From the sequence record OK040170.1: 64,000 nucleotides of DNA, one strand, 5' to 3'. The notes under the pieces are model-generated. The model had not been told where the DNA came from. It searched no databases and was given only the letters and a program-made list of their open reading frames with translations. The position numbers and the translations under genes were made by a program. Of this stretch, positions 47,355-57,073 are shown one piece after another. Each line of letters begins with the position of its first letter. Within the stretch, counting starts at the first letter, position 1.

Positions 47355-47720
47355 ATGAACACCAATTATACTACCGCTAGTAACGTCCTTTCTTTCGTTC
47401 AAAACCTGTATGCGGACGAAGCACGCCGCTACGGCATTAAGGTAGCGCGTCACTCTGACGTAGAACTGAACCAGTTCTTTAAAGTAATGGATCTTAACGG
47501 TCTGTTGAAAGATGCACTGGACAGCGTTGTGAAATACATCCAGACTTACGAGTCTGTTCACAATGCCGGTGAGAAGTACAAATCCATCCTTCTGCCTGAT
47601 GCTGTAGGTTCCGCTTACCGCACCATGCTGTTGATCACTCGTCTGACTAAAGAAGGTTACAACGTTAACTTTGCTGTAGAAGACGAAAACGGTTTCAGCT
47701 CCCTGCTGAAGACTAAATGA
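47355..47720 (+). CDS. Hypothetical protein
   Basis: Start moved to ATG 47355 (AAGGAGG RBS); 121 aa. Confidence 0.85.
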   Translation: MNTNYTTASNVLSFVQNLYADEARRYGIKVARHSDVELNQFFKVMDLNGLLKDALDSVVKYIQTYESVHNAGEKYKSILLPDAVGSAYRTMLLITRLTKEGYNVNFAVEDENGFSSLLKTK

Positions 47721-47726
47721 CAAAAT

Positions 47727-47754
47727 AGAGTAGAGGCCAAATGGCCTCTACTCT
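47727..47754. terminator. Bidirectional hairpin terminator
   Basis: AGAGTAGAGGCC-AAAT-GGCCTCTACTCT, 12-bp stem between convergent genes. Confidence 0.85.
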
Positions 47755-47786
47755 GTGTCAGCTATTCAGCTTTTCTTTTTTTTTGC

Positions 47787-50585
47787 TCAGGGTGGCGCCA
47801 GGTTGTCGTCTTCAGCATCTTGGAACGGATCTTCGTTTGCACGGTCACCGCCAAATTCATCTTCACGACTACCGAAGTCATTACCGCCCAGGTCACCTTC
47901 TCCGAAGTCTTCGAACTCGTCTGAACCCGTATCGAATTCTGAGTCACTGGAGCTATTGTCGCTACCCCAATCACTACCGCCTCCGAAACCGCCTTGGTTA
48001 GCGTTTTCAATTGCTTGACTCAAGTCAGGGTTAGTTTCCTTCGTAACTTCCAAGCGGTTCTCACGGAGCTGACGAATAACTGCAGCGGTGTCGCCCAGGT
48101 TATGTACCAGGTTAGCCATGTGCGCATTCAGCTCTTTAGAGAAGTCAATCGCAGGGTTATCTTCGCTACCTACACGAGTCAGTTCACTCAGACCAAAGTC
48201 CATCCCCGTCTTAGCCAGGTACTCACGTTTGAAGTAAGCGGCCACGTTAGCTTTGAGGTGATTGATCTTATCTTGGTCTTCGTCACCCAGAGATGGCCCG
48301 ATGAGTTCTGGAGAGATGTAGTTCTCAACCATGTCATCAATCCATTGAGAGACTTTGTCGTATTCTTCTTTCTGGTTCTCGATCCGGTTAGATTCAGGAC
48401 GAGGAAGTTCCAGATAAAGGACGCGGAAGAACTCTTCAATGGCATCGGTATATTGCAGTGAGTATGGGTTATCCATATCGTTGCAACGGTACTCTTCTGG
48501 GAGCTGGTCGTTGTGTTCACGGAAGATCTCTTGGATGCGCCCAACCAACGTACCGTCAGACAAAGTATAAGACTTAACAAACTTCTTACCGTGTTTGCAA
48601 GTGTCATCCTGAATCATCATGATACGTTTTGCGTAAAGCTGGTTAGTTGTCCAGCGAGAGATAGCAAAGTCTGCCTGGGTAGTCATGTCCACCATTTCAG
48701 GTGTTACGAACAGACCCATGTATTGCTGACGTTGCAATTCACGAGAGAACTCTGGATCGATTTGTTGACGTTGAGATTGGAACTCAGAAACATCGACTGT
48801 CGTGTTAGGCATACGCGGGTTACCTTGGACTTCAATAACCACACCCATGGAACGAATAACACGGAACATCTCAGCAGCAGACGTTACGTCTGTCGGAGTA
48901 CCGCCAGCCTGTTGACGCATGAACTCATCGATCATGACGTGATACGCTTTGTCCGGATCAGGGTCACGAGGGTCAATGTTCATGGTAACTTTAGTACGGC
49001 CAACTGCGTTTTTAACCCCGGCCATGAAGTTAGCAAAGGTTGTCATTGCACGCAGAGCGGATACTTGCTTGATGTCATCCATCAGGGATTTACCCATGCC
49101 GTTCTTGTCGTAGTCGTATGCAAAGTACGCAACGTTCTCAACAGGTACGAATACCATGTGAGTACGCTGGTTAGCAAACTTACGGAACAGGAACAGACGC
49201 ATGATATCTTCGTTCCAACCCAACTTAACGTTACGGCCAAGCAAACCGTTTTTAATACGGTTAAGTACGTTCTCTTCCAGAACCTGGTCGAAGATACGTA
49301 CACGCTCAGCGGCGTTAGTTTTATCAGCATCGTAACAAAGACCGGAACCCAACATCTTAGTCTGTTGAATAAGTGAAGAGGTCTGGTTCATCTGACTGTC
49401 GCCGTTAAGACCATTGTTACCGTTCTTAACAGCACGAGCGATCTCGTCGGTTACATCCAACGGGTGACCAAGTTCATCCAGGAGAATAATGTAGCCTAAG
49501 TGGTTGCGAGGCTCACCTTTAGGGAAGCACGGAATACAAGATTCACTTGGTACTTTAATAACCAGCGGGTGACCAATAGAAGAACGAGAAGCTTCAGCCG
49601 CCGTTGTCATTACCTTAACACGTTCCATCGCACTACCGTTGTCGCGATAGAGGCTGTTGGCAAGGGTGCGGATCTCCTTGATATGACCGTTACCGCCGCT
49701 AAAGGACTCGTTGGAAATACGAGTAGTCGAACGGAAAGAACGGTTCATTCGCTTCTGGTTGATCCGGTCACGAACCTTACCTAAACCGAGAACTGCAATG
49801 TTATCGGTAATGGTACACGCGTCGTTAATGCGCGTAGGTGTTTCACGGTCACCGGCTGGGTTCCAGAAGAAGTTTTCCATGCTAGGAGTGCTGACTTCGC
49901 GTCGCTTCTCTTTCTTGGCTTCTTCTTCAGTAAGACCTGGGTCGCCCAAGATACCTTTACCTGTATGTTTCAACGTACCGTCTTTAAACTGTGATGCAAT
50001 GTGGGCCGCGTACATTTCGTCGGTCATTGCAGCAGATTCGTTAGAGACGCCGTTATAGGTACGGTCGTTGATGATATCGTCGATTACTGCTTCAGGAACG
50101 ATAACGCCAATCCAAGCACCGTAGTCGAACAATGCTTCACCGATGATCTCCGGCAGTTTATCGCGGAGAGGGTAATAACCACCATCACCGAAATGTTCGC
50201 GGATAACTTCCGTGATTTCATTCAGTATAGTAGGACGAATTTCTGAATCTTCTGTTTTAAAGACCAGCTCGCCGTCGAACATGTCTACAGGAGAAAGGGT
50301 GGTGGAAATGATCATTTGTTTGATCAGTTTCAAATCGCTACTCAGCTGCAGGATAGTTTCTGCATCCAAGTTCTTCTGAGCACGGTTTCCGACGATGTGG
50401 TCGAAAATAGTCTCATTATGTACCTTAACACCTTCACCCTGGCTATGATCACCGGTTAAATGGTCACGTACCATCTTCGTCATGATAGACGTGGCAGCAG
50501 GCGTATTTTCTAACCATTTCGTGGGTTTACTCCGAACACTCGTATCGGGACCACTACTGGTAAGAGTAGGTTTCTTCATTATCAT
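47787..50585 (-). CDS. Portal protein (phiKZ gp129-like)
   Basis: 932 aa; SIGHPLVIKVPSESCIP...YIILLDELGHP; SNES/SMEN processing-like sites; acidic Gly-rich tail. Confidence 0.85.
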   Translation of the reverse strand: MIMKKPTLTSSGPDTSVRSKPTKWLENTPAATSIMTKMVRDHLTGDHSQGEGVKVHNETIFDHIVGNRAQKNLDAETILQLSSDLKLIKQMIISTTLSPVDMFDGELVFKTEDSEIRPTILNEITEVIREHFGDGGYYPLRDKLPEIIGEALFDYGAWIGVIVPEAVIDDIINDRTYNGVSNESAAMTDEMYAAHIASQFKDGTLKHTGKGILGDPGLTEEEAKKEKRREVSTPSMENFFWNPAGDRETPTRINDACTITDNIAVLGLGKVRDRINQKRMNRSFRSTTRISNESFSGGNGHIKEIRTLANSLYRDNGSAMERVKVMTTAAEASRSSIGHPLVIKVPSESCIPCFPKGEPRNHLGYIILLDELGHPLDVTDEIARAVKNGNNGLNGDSQMNQTSSLIQQTKMLGSGLCYDADKTNAAERVRIFDQVLEENVLNRIKNGLLGRNVKLGWNEDIMRLFLFRKFANQRTHMVFVPVENVAYFAYDYDKNGMGKSLMDDIKQVSALRAMTTFANFMAGVKNAVGRTKVTMNIDPRDPDPDKAYHVMIDEFMRQQAGGTPTDVTSAAEMFRVIRSMGVVIEVQGNPRMPNTTVDVSEFQSQRQQIDPEFSRELQRQQYMGLFVTPEMVDMTTQADFAISRWTTNQLYAKRIMMIQDDTCKHGKKFVKSYTLSDGTLVGRIQEIFREHNDQLPEEYRCNDMDNPYSLQYTDAIEEFFRVLYLELPRPESNRIENQKEEYDKVSQWIDDMVENYISPELIGPSLGDEDQDKINHLKANVAAYFKREYLAKTGMDFGLSELTRVGSEDNPAIDFSKELNAHMANLVHNLGDTAAVIRQLRENRLEVTKETNPDLSQAIENANQGGFGGGSDWGSDNSSSDSEFDTGSDEFEDFGEGDLGGNDFGSREDEFGGDRANEDPFQDAEDDNLAPP

Positions 50586-50638
50586 GATTTACCAAATCCT
50601 TATTTCTCTCATGTGTTCGCATAAAGACAGGAGGCCGC

Positions 50639-53209
50639 ATGGCGGATACCACGCAACGATTGTACGTTGATGGCGCAATGAGTCTAGCGCAGACGATGAC
50701 AATCAAGTTCAACGCCGGTGCGGTAGCGATCAACAATTATTTAACCGAAATAGGTTACACCGTTGACCCTAATGTTCCATCCACTTGGCGTTACTACATG
50801 AACCTTGCTGGCAAGTATCATGTCAGTAATCAGCAAATGAAAGTGACCTCCTTGGACACCTTGGAGGAGATTGACTTCACATATGATAACCTCTTAATCC
50901 ACCGAGCTACTAAAGCAGCCTATAAGTACGGTTCCCGTTACTACAATGAACTTGTAGAACAATACCCAGAACAGGAATTGCTAATTAGGGGCGTTTTATG
51001 GCCAGTGGATATTGACAAGGCGATTGATGCCAAGGACTTCACTATCCTTTATTACGATAGTGACGAGGTTGATCCCAATGAAACGTATTTGATCCAGGAT
51101 CTCCAAGAATGGATTTACCGGTTTACGTATCGTTGGTATCTAGTATTTGCTGCAGCTGTACAAAAATATTACCCGGCGACGTTTTTTGGGACTTTATTTA
51201 TTCACCTGGTTGGCGAGATAATCAGTATTCGTGAGAACTATTGCCGTACTCAATACGTGCATAGCTATCACCTTTGGGCGTACCTTGGTTCACACGGTCG
51301 TCTGAATGCGTACAAGGATTACGTCAACATCACCCAGGCGTTGTGGTTGTACCGTAATATTCGCTACATCGATAACCACGCCGGTAAAACGACTACCTTC
51401 GATGATCTTATCCTTAATATCCTGACAGCCCGTAACATCCCGCTGACAGCTTATTTCCTGCGCCATAACTCGAAGGATGTTCCTGAGTCTATTCTCCCTG
51501 AAGGGGAAGTAGCTAAGGATCCTAAGAACTACCTGGCAGAGTCCGTTCAAGGTATCGAACGAATCTCAATTGGGGAAGCTCTGGATAACGAAGTTAACTC
51601 GGCTAAGGATAACGATAAGTATCTGGCCAAGCAGAAAATCGATGTTCCTATTCGAGTCGCTAACGCCATTACCGGTGAGCTACCTACTAAGGTACTCGAG
51701 TCGGTCATGATTGACCGTTCAGATTCTGTACCGCACAAGTTTGTTGATACGTTAATGGGTGAGTGGATCTATCTGGCGACTGAAGGTCGTTACGTAGCAA
51801 ACATCACCATCCCTAACCCGGCTACGCAAGAAGCCATGTCGATGACGGTAAGGGAAGCATTGATCCTTTGGGTCTACTGTGCGATGCGTCAGTTTGAAAT
51901 GGTACTGGAAGACGTCCCTGATCTGACAGCCTGGTTTGTGCAACGTCTAGCGGCTCCTGAGTTCTCTGAACTGCGTGGTGTGTGCGAACCTAAGTATGTT
52001 AGTGAAGCGGCTATCTTGATGGCTCTGACTGAGCATACTCCGGTGTCTACTATTATCTCGACTGAAGCGTTCTACAACACTGTAGCTCAGATTCAAAGTA
52101 ACATTAACGCCCATCGCGTCATGTACACGCGTCAGCAAGACTTCCGTGCTCGTGGTCAGATGGAAGTGATGACCAATCGCTTTTACATCAACAAGAAATG
52201 TCAGTTGTCAGCCACACCGATTAAATACGCAGACTGGTTCCACACCAAGAACTGGGATATGGAGTTGAGTTCCCCTGAAGCGTATTCCGATTTCTGTTTC
52301 CAGCTAATAGAAGTTGCAACGGGTGCTAACTTGCGCTCGACAATATCGGTGTCCGATGTACACAGCGCCATGATAGCGATCATGACTCAGCTGTCTAGTT
52401 ACTCTGTACAGTACGTCCACAAAACTAACGCATCTCCAAACATCATTGTTGATAACTTGGCGATTCGTTTCGGTGGCATTGAGTCTCGTCCTAGCGCTGA
52501 CTTTAAAATTGACCAACGCGTTGAAATCATTAACCAGTACCAACGTGGTAAACTCTCTCCTGACAAGTCTGCATTTGAAGGGATTGAGATTGGCTCGAAG
52601 TATATTCATGCGCCACACTTCTACCGTGTGTTCTCGTCCGTGGACTTCCTGCCAGATACCCATGTTGCTACTCGTCACCAGATTGAGATCGCTGAGGTTA
52701 GGTTCAAAGGTTCGCTTGCTAAAGATATCGGTCTTGAGATCAGTAAACATGATCTTGACGGCCTGTGGCTTTATCTGGCAACCGCTCGTCCAATTAACGA
52801 AGTCATCACTAACCCAAGGTTACCTGGGTTGTGGGTACGCGTACCTCGTGAAGATGAGTACTTACCTAACGAGATTACCAAAACCGATATTGAAGGACTG
52901 TGGACGAATGTTATCCCTGGCCCAGAGAAATTGGTCATTGGCAATAAACCACTCCCAGGTCTGTGGTTAGAGCCTATCGTTCCTTACGAGTTGGAAGACT
53001 TTAAAGAACGTCTCGAAGGTTTCGATCCACCTGAACCATTTAAACCAACTACGTTGGCTGATGGTTTCGATGAGAATCTGGGTGGCTTCGTTGGGTACAT
53101 TGAACCTGAGTTTGACCTCTTCAATATAGAGGAAGAACTTCCTGGCTTCGATTCGCCTGATAGCGAACCAAAAGCACCTTACGATTTCTCTGCTTTGTTT
53201 GGCGAGTAA
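50639..53209 (+). CDS. Baseplate-associated virion protein (phiKZ gp128-like) with C-terminal LxGLW and LxGF repeats
   Basis: TWRYYMNLAGKYH, VTSLDTLEEIDF, YPEQELLIRGVLWPVDI; divergent from the portal gene. Confidence 0.7.
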   Translation: MADTTQRLYVDGAMSLAQTMTIKFNAGAVAINNYLTEIGYTVDPNVPSTWRYYMNLAGKYHVSNQQMKVTSLDTLEEIDFTYDNLLIHRATKAAYKYGSRYYNELVEQYPEQELLIRGVLWPVDIDKAIDAKDFTILYYDSDEVDPNETYLIQDLQEWIYRFTYRWYLVFAAAVQKYYPATFFGTLFIHLVGEIISIRENYCRTQYVHSYHLWAYLGSHGRLNAYKDYVNITQALWLYRNIRYIDNHAGKTTTFDDLILNILTARNIPLTAYFLRHNSKDVPESILPEGEVAKDPKNYLAESVQGIERISIGEALDNEVNSAKDNDKYLAKQKIDVPIRVANAITGELPTKVLESVMIDRSDSVPHKFVDTLMGEWIYLATEGRYVANITIPNPATQEAMSMTVREALILWVYCAMRQFEMVLEDVPDLTAWFVQRLAAPEFSELRGVCEPKYVSEAAILMALTEHTPVSTIISTEAFYNTVAQIQSNINAHRVMYTRQQDFRARGQMEVMTNRFYINKKCQLSATPIKYADWFHTKNWDMELSSPEAYSDFCFQLIEVATGANLRSTISVSDVHSAMIAIMTQLSSYSVQYVHKTNASPNIIVDNLAIRFGGIESRPSADFKIDQRVEIINQYQRGKLSPDKSAFEGIEIGSKYIHAPHFYRVFSSVDFLPDTHVATRHQIEIAEVRFKGSLAKDIGLEISKHDLDGLWLYLATARPINEVITNPRLPGLWVRVPREDEYLPNEITKTDIEGLWTNVIPGPEKLVIGNKPLPGLWLEPIVPYELEDFKERLEGFDPPEPFKPTTLADGFDENLGGFVGYIEPEFDLFNIEEELPGFDSPDSEPKAPYDFSALFGE

Positions 53210-53275
53210 TCTTAACGACCAAGGATGGTTGTTATGTTAATATTTCAGCTAATGTAACGCCTATCGGAGTCAACA

Positions 53276-54115
53276 ATGGCAAACGCGAATTACTACAATA
53301 AGCCCACTAACCGATTAGTCTTTGACTTGATCAAAGAAGCTAACCCGGAAGCGGACTTCTCAGAAGATCAAGTAAGGTTAACGAACTTTACCCAGAACAC
53401 CAATGGCGACCCGTTACGTAACACCGCAGGTATTCTGAAAGCAATCCCTGGCATGGGCCGTGAAGGTCAAGAGAACCTGACCTGGAACCGTCCTGCACTG
53501 AACGAGATCTTTAAAGAGATCAGCGTTTACTGTTCTCCTAACGGTAAGTTCAAGAAATCTGACTTACTGAAAGAAATCAACAGTAACTATAACTTCCAGC
53601 TGGACGCCGGTGATATTTACGACGGTGTACTGAACCTGTCAACTCTACCGACCAAAACGGTTATCGTGGTACGTCCTACCTGTCCTGCTTTTACTGGTCA
53701 GTTAGAGATTACCATTGGTGATCCTAAGATCGCTCTGGAGACGGTTATTCGTAACCCTGACCTGGATGGCCTGGCTTACCCTACCAACCAGTCTGAGAAG
53801 ATCCAAGGTCCCCTGTACATGTATGCCAATGACTACACGTACGATGCCACTGGTCTTCAGCAGTTTGGTTACGGCGATCCTATCCAAGGCGAACTCCTGG
53901 AAAGCCTCAACCGTAAATCGCCAGACACCTGGGTACTGAAACCTACCCCTGCTCCGTGGAACGCTAACGGTGCTGACGTATGGTACAATGGCCCGACTGC
54001 TCAGGCTCCGGTATACGTGAACACTTCGTACCAGCGTTGCTTGGTTATCCACCTGGATAAAGAGTATTGCTCTAACGTTGCCGGTCACTTGATCCTGCAT
54101 TACAACATGCCATAA
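53276..54115 (+). CDS. Virion structural protein (adaptor-like domain + DLDGLAYP motif + C-terminal domain)
   Basis: 279 aa; N-terminal domain and C-terminal WNA...YNG region look paralogous to ORF 55842. Confidence 0.7.
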   Translation: MANANYYNKPTNRLVFDLIKEANPEADFSEDQVRLTNFTQNTNGDPLRNTAGILKAIPGMGREGQENLTWNRPALNEIFKEISVYCSPNGKFKKSDLLKEINSNYNFQLDAGDIYDGVLNLSTLPTKTVIVVRPTCPAFTGQLEITIGDPKIALETVIRNPDLDGLAYPTNQSEKIQGPLYMYANDYTYDATGLQQFGYGDPIQGELLESLNRKSPDTWVLKPTPAPWNANGADVWYNGPTAQAPVYVNTSYQRCLVIHLDKEYCSNVAGHLILHYNMP

Positions 54116-54120
54116 TAGAA

Positions 54121-54143
54121 GCCTGCTGCAAAATGCAGCAGGC
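54121..54143 (+). terminator. Hairpin terminator
   Basis: GCCTGCTGCA-AAA-TGCAGCAGGC. Confidence 0.7.
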
Positions 54144-54250
54144 CTTATGCTTTATTGTTCGCTTAGTATGGAAGGCATGTTCTTCTTTAGAACGTTTTGC
54201 CACCATCCATTTCCCTGGATGTTTTAAAAACCTGTTTAAGGATTTATCCG

Positions 54251-54784
54251 ATGGCACGTATCGCGTTTAACCCGGCAAACTCTGCCGATGATGAATTCAC
54301 TCGTCTCCTGGTAAATGGTACTACCATCCCAGAGCTGAAAGCAGTTAAGCTGACCACTGATTACACTGTAACCACCCCTGCCGCCGCTAACACCGGTGAG
54401 AAAGATGGTAACACCGTTATCGGCCTGACCCCTGCGGCTGGCAGTAAACTGCTGAAAGGCGACGCACGTGAGTTCTACTACGATCGTCTGAGCATCGCTT
54501 CTGAACTGACCCGTAAAGCAGTTAACCTGAAGTCTGCTGACGCACTGACCCCGGCTAACCGTGACGCGTTCGCCCTGACCTGCGTAAAAGCAGTTTGGGA
54601 CAAATTCGTTGCTGCTGACGTCGTGTTCAAAGAAGACAAAACTGAAGGCGAAGTTGTAGCGTACGTCTACACTATCAAAGCCGACAACAAAGTCTTCAAC
54701 GGCGAATTCACTATCACTTCCGGCGACCAGACTCTCCAGTCCTTCAGCGAGAACCTGGGCGGCTTTGACGCACCGGCTGCGTAA
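54251..54784 (+). CDS. Probably abundant virion protein ending in TLQSFSENLGGFDAPAA
   Basis: Start moved to ATG 54251 (TAAGGA RBS); MCP-like codon bias; own terminator. Confidence 0.8.
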   Translation: MARIAFNPANSADDEFTRLLVNGTTIPELKAVKLTTDYTVTTPAAANTGEKDGNTVIGLTPAAGSKLLKGDAREFYYDRLSIASELTRKAVNLKSADALTPANRDAFALTCVKAVWDKFVAADVVFKEDKTEGEVVAYVYTIKADNKVFNGEFTITSGDQTLQSFSENLGGFDAPAA

Positions 54785-54794
54785 TAGTTGACCG

Positions 54795-54828
54795 AAGAGT
54801 CGGAGGGATGACCTCCGACTCTTATTTT
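54795..54828 (+). terminator. Intrinsic terminator
   Basis: AAGAGTCGGAGG-GATGA-CCTCCGACTCTT followed by ATTTT. Confidence 0.85.
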
Positions 54829-54886
54829 ATGTCACCTTCCCCTCATTTAGCTTTCCACTAGAGAGCTATCGCTTTAAGGATTTAAA

Positions 54887-55825
54887 ATGAGCGCAAGTAC
54901 TAATACCAACTTGATTACGCGCACTGTTCTTAGTGGGATGCTGCAAACGTGTTTGCTGGCAGGTATCCCGTTAACAGTTCTGGATTATACGACGCTCAAT
55001 CAGCGTCTGGGTATTAACGAAGATGCTAAGTTGGCATCTAACGAAATGCCTACCTTCGGTTACTGGTGCATCGGTGACAAAGGTCACTGGGTTGTCCCTA
55101 CTTCCGATGGCGAAGTTATTATCGAACCAGCTGAACATACCGCCGGTGACTTCGCCCCGTTCAACATGATTCCGTTTGTCATGCGTGAAGAGTCTAACGA
55201 CCTGTCTGTAGAAGAGCGTAAGAAGTACGGCCTTCGTAAATCAGAGAACCGCAACGGGATCAACTATTTCTCTTACTACGCCAAGGCCATCGACCTGACT
55301 GGTAAGAAGCCGCGTATGGAACGTACTACCGTGAAAGACGGCGTTGCGACCACTACCGAATACACGCCGAACAACTCCAACCTGTATCCTGAGCGTAAAA
55401 CTCTGACGACCAACGAAGCCGTCACTACCAACTCCGATACTCTGACCGTTTCGTTGACTACTGATGTACTGTTCGACGACAACGACGTTAAAGAGCTGAA
55501 CAACGTATCTCGCATCCTGTACGGTAACGAGAAGCGTGCAATCATCTCTGAGATCGCATTGGTATCTGCATTCAAACGTGTTGTACAGGCTCCCGGTCCT
55601 GGCGGCGGTGCTATCTCTATCACCGAAGCGATCTGTGCCCAGGTACTGACCTTCTTGTCTACTTATCGTCAGATGTCCTTCGACAACCGCGGTTTCGTTA
55701 TTACTCTGGAAATGGGTGCTAACGAACCGATGATGACATCCGACGCGGTAGGTACCAGCTCAGGTCGAGACGCCGTTCAAAACGCACGTCAGTTGTTCTC
55801 TGCGAATATCGCACCACGCGCTTAA
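54887..55825 (+). CDS. Baseplate wedge-like virion protein (phiKZ gp130-like)
   Basis: RTVLSGMLQT, YTTLNQRLGI, GYWCIGDKGH, PFNMIPFVMR; synteny. Confidence 0.7.
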   Translation: MSASTNTNLITRTVLSGMLQTCLLAGIPLTVLDYTTLNQRLGINEDAKLASNEMPTFGYWCIGDKGHWVVPTSDGEVIIEPAEHTAGDFAPFNMIPFVMREESNDLSVEERKKYGLRKSENRNGINYFSYYAKAIDLTGKKPRMERTTVKDGVATTTEYTPNNSNLYPERKTLTTNEAVTTNSDTLTVSLTTDVLFDDNDVKELNNVSRILYGNEKRAIISEIALVSAFKRVVQAPGPGGGAISITEAICAQVLTFLSTYRQMSFDNRGFVITLEMGANEPMMTSDAVGTSSGRDAVQNARQLFSANIAPRA

Positions 55826-55841
55826 AACGAAGGAGCGGTAA

Positions 55842-56990
55842 ATGAGTACTATCTTTGGCCACGATACCATCAAGGCTGAAGTTATCGATTTAATCAATAA
55901 GAAGAATGCTCAGTTTGGTGCAGACTTTACCGAGGACAACCTCGAAGTCACGTGGCTCAGCTACGATGCATTAGACCGTCGTCAAACGATGATGACGAAA
56001 GATCTTTCTGGTCGATACTTTGGTTTACGTGATATCCGCTTCTTCAAACGCGATTACGATCTCCTCTTTAAAGGGATCGACGTAAAGATCCAGGTAGGTT
56101 CAGGCTACAACAACCGCGCGGTGCTCAAAGAGCTTTCTCGTGCATACGGGTTACCTCCATTCGAAGATTACGACTTTGCTCCAGGTCTACTGGACATGTC
56201 TATCGAAGTAGGTGACCACGAGCAATTGATCGAATGGCCATTTGCTGACTCCAGCTGGGGTTGGACAGGGACTTGTCGATTCAAGCTCCGTAACATGAAG
56301 ACCTCGCTGGAAACGCTTATTCCAGACGGTACATTGGATCGATTCCATCCAGAAGAGCTGAAAGGCGTCTTCTACGAATTGGTCAACGGTACGTTGAGTG
56401 GATTGGATTACCCAGAATACTTCGACCTTGGTAAGATCATTACGATCACTGATCTCGAAGGTTTGGAATACCCAGACGATATCGACTTGGGTGTTATTAT
56501 CCATACCACAGATCTGGAAGGTCTGGAATATCCGCCGATGACTGACATCAGCAAGTTCCAAACTAGCGATCTCCAGGGCTTGGAATACCCTCCTGCTTAC
56601 GACTTGACTAAACTCAATGTCTTTGCATTGGCCGGTCTGGATTATCCAAGTGGTACTGGCGCAGGTCAAACTTCTGCGTACAGCACGACCTACCCGCTGG
56701 ACTTCTCTGATTACCAACGTGCAATCCGTACTTATCGTTTAGGCGATACGATCACGGACGTTAACTTGGTGAACGTCATTGTTAGCATGATCCAGTCTAA
56801 CTGGACTAAGCTGCAGGGTGAGACTAACAAGTCTAACCTCTTTAACTCCTTCTTGAATGCGACCATCCAGAGCATTGAACAGAAACGTTCGATCCATGGT
56901 TGGACTATTTCGGTCGGCGTTAAGTTGAGTTCTCAACGCGTACTTCGCGGCAATGCCGTGCTGCGTTACGACATCCAATCTGAATATTAA
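55842..56990 (+). CDS. Virion structural protein with five tandem LxGLxYP repeats
   Basis: TLSGLDYP, DLEGLEYP (x2), DLQGLEYP, ALAGLDYP at about 19-20 aa spacing. Confidence 0.75.
   Translation: MSTIFGHDTIKAEVIDLINKKNAQFGADFTEDNLEVTWLSYDALDRRQTMMTKDLSGRYFGLRDIRFFKRDYDLLFKGIDVKIQVGSGYNNRAVLKELSRAYGLPPFEDYDFAPGLLDMSIEVGDHEQLIEWPFADSSWGWTGTCRFKLRNMKTSLETLIPDGTLDRFHPEELKGVFYELVNGTLSGLDYPEYFDLGKIITITDLEGLEYPDDIDLGVIIHTTDLEGLEYPPMTDISKFQTSDLQGLEYPPAYDLTKLNVFALAGLDYPSGTGAGQTSAYSTTYPLDFSDYQRAIRTYRLGDTITDVNLVNVIVSMIQSNWTKLQGETNKSNLFNSFLNATIQSIEQKRSIHGWTISVGVKLSSQRVLRGNAVLRYDIQSEY
56386..56650 (+). repeat. Five tandem peptide repeats (LxGLxYP)
   Basis: Visible at both DNA (gatctNgaaggtYtggaata) and protein level. 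Confidence 0.85.
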
Positions 56991-57001
56991 TGACGATAAT
57001 T

Positions 57002-57029
57002 AAAAGTAGGGGCTTCGGCCTCTACTTTT
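57002..57029 (+). terminator. Intrinsic terminator
   Basis: AAAAGTAGGGGC-TTCG-GCCTCTACTTTT followed by more T. Confidence 0.8.
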
Positions 57030-57073
57030 TTATGCTTACTTATTTTTTTATATTAAATCTTCCAGAGGGTCAT

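Noticed and set aside
56990-57073. 28-aa hydrophobic N-terminal extension on RuvC (apparent membrane anchor)
   Set aside because: It runs through a terminator hairpin and T-tract; ATG 57074 has a proper RBS.
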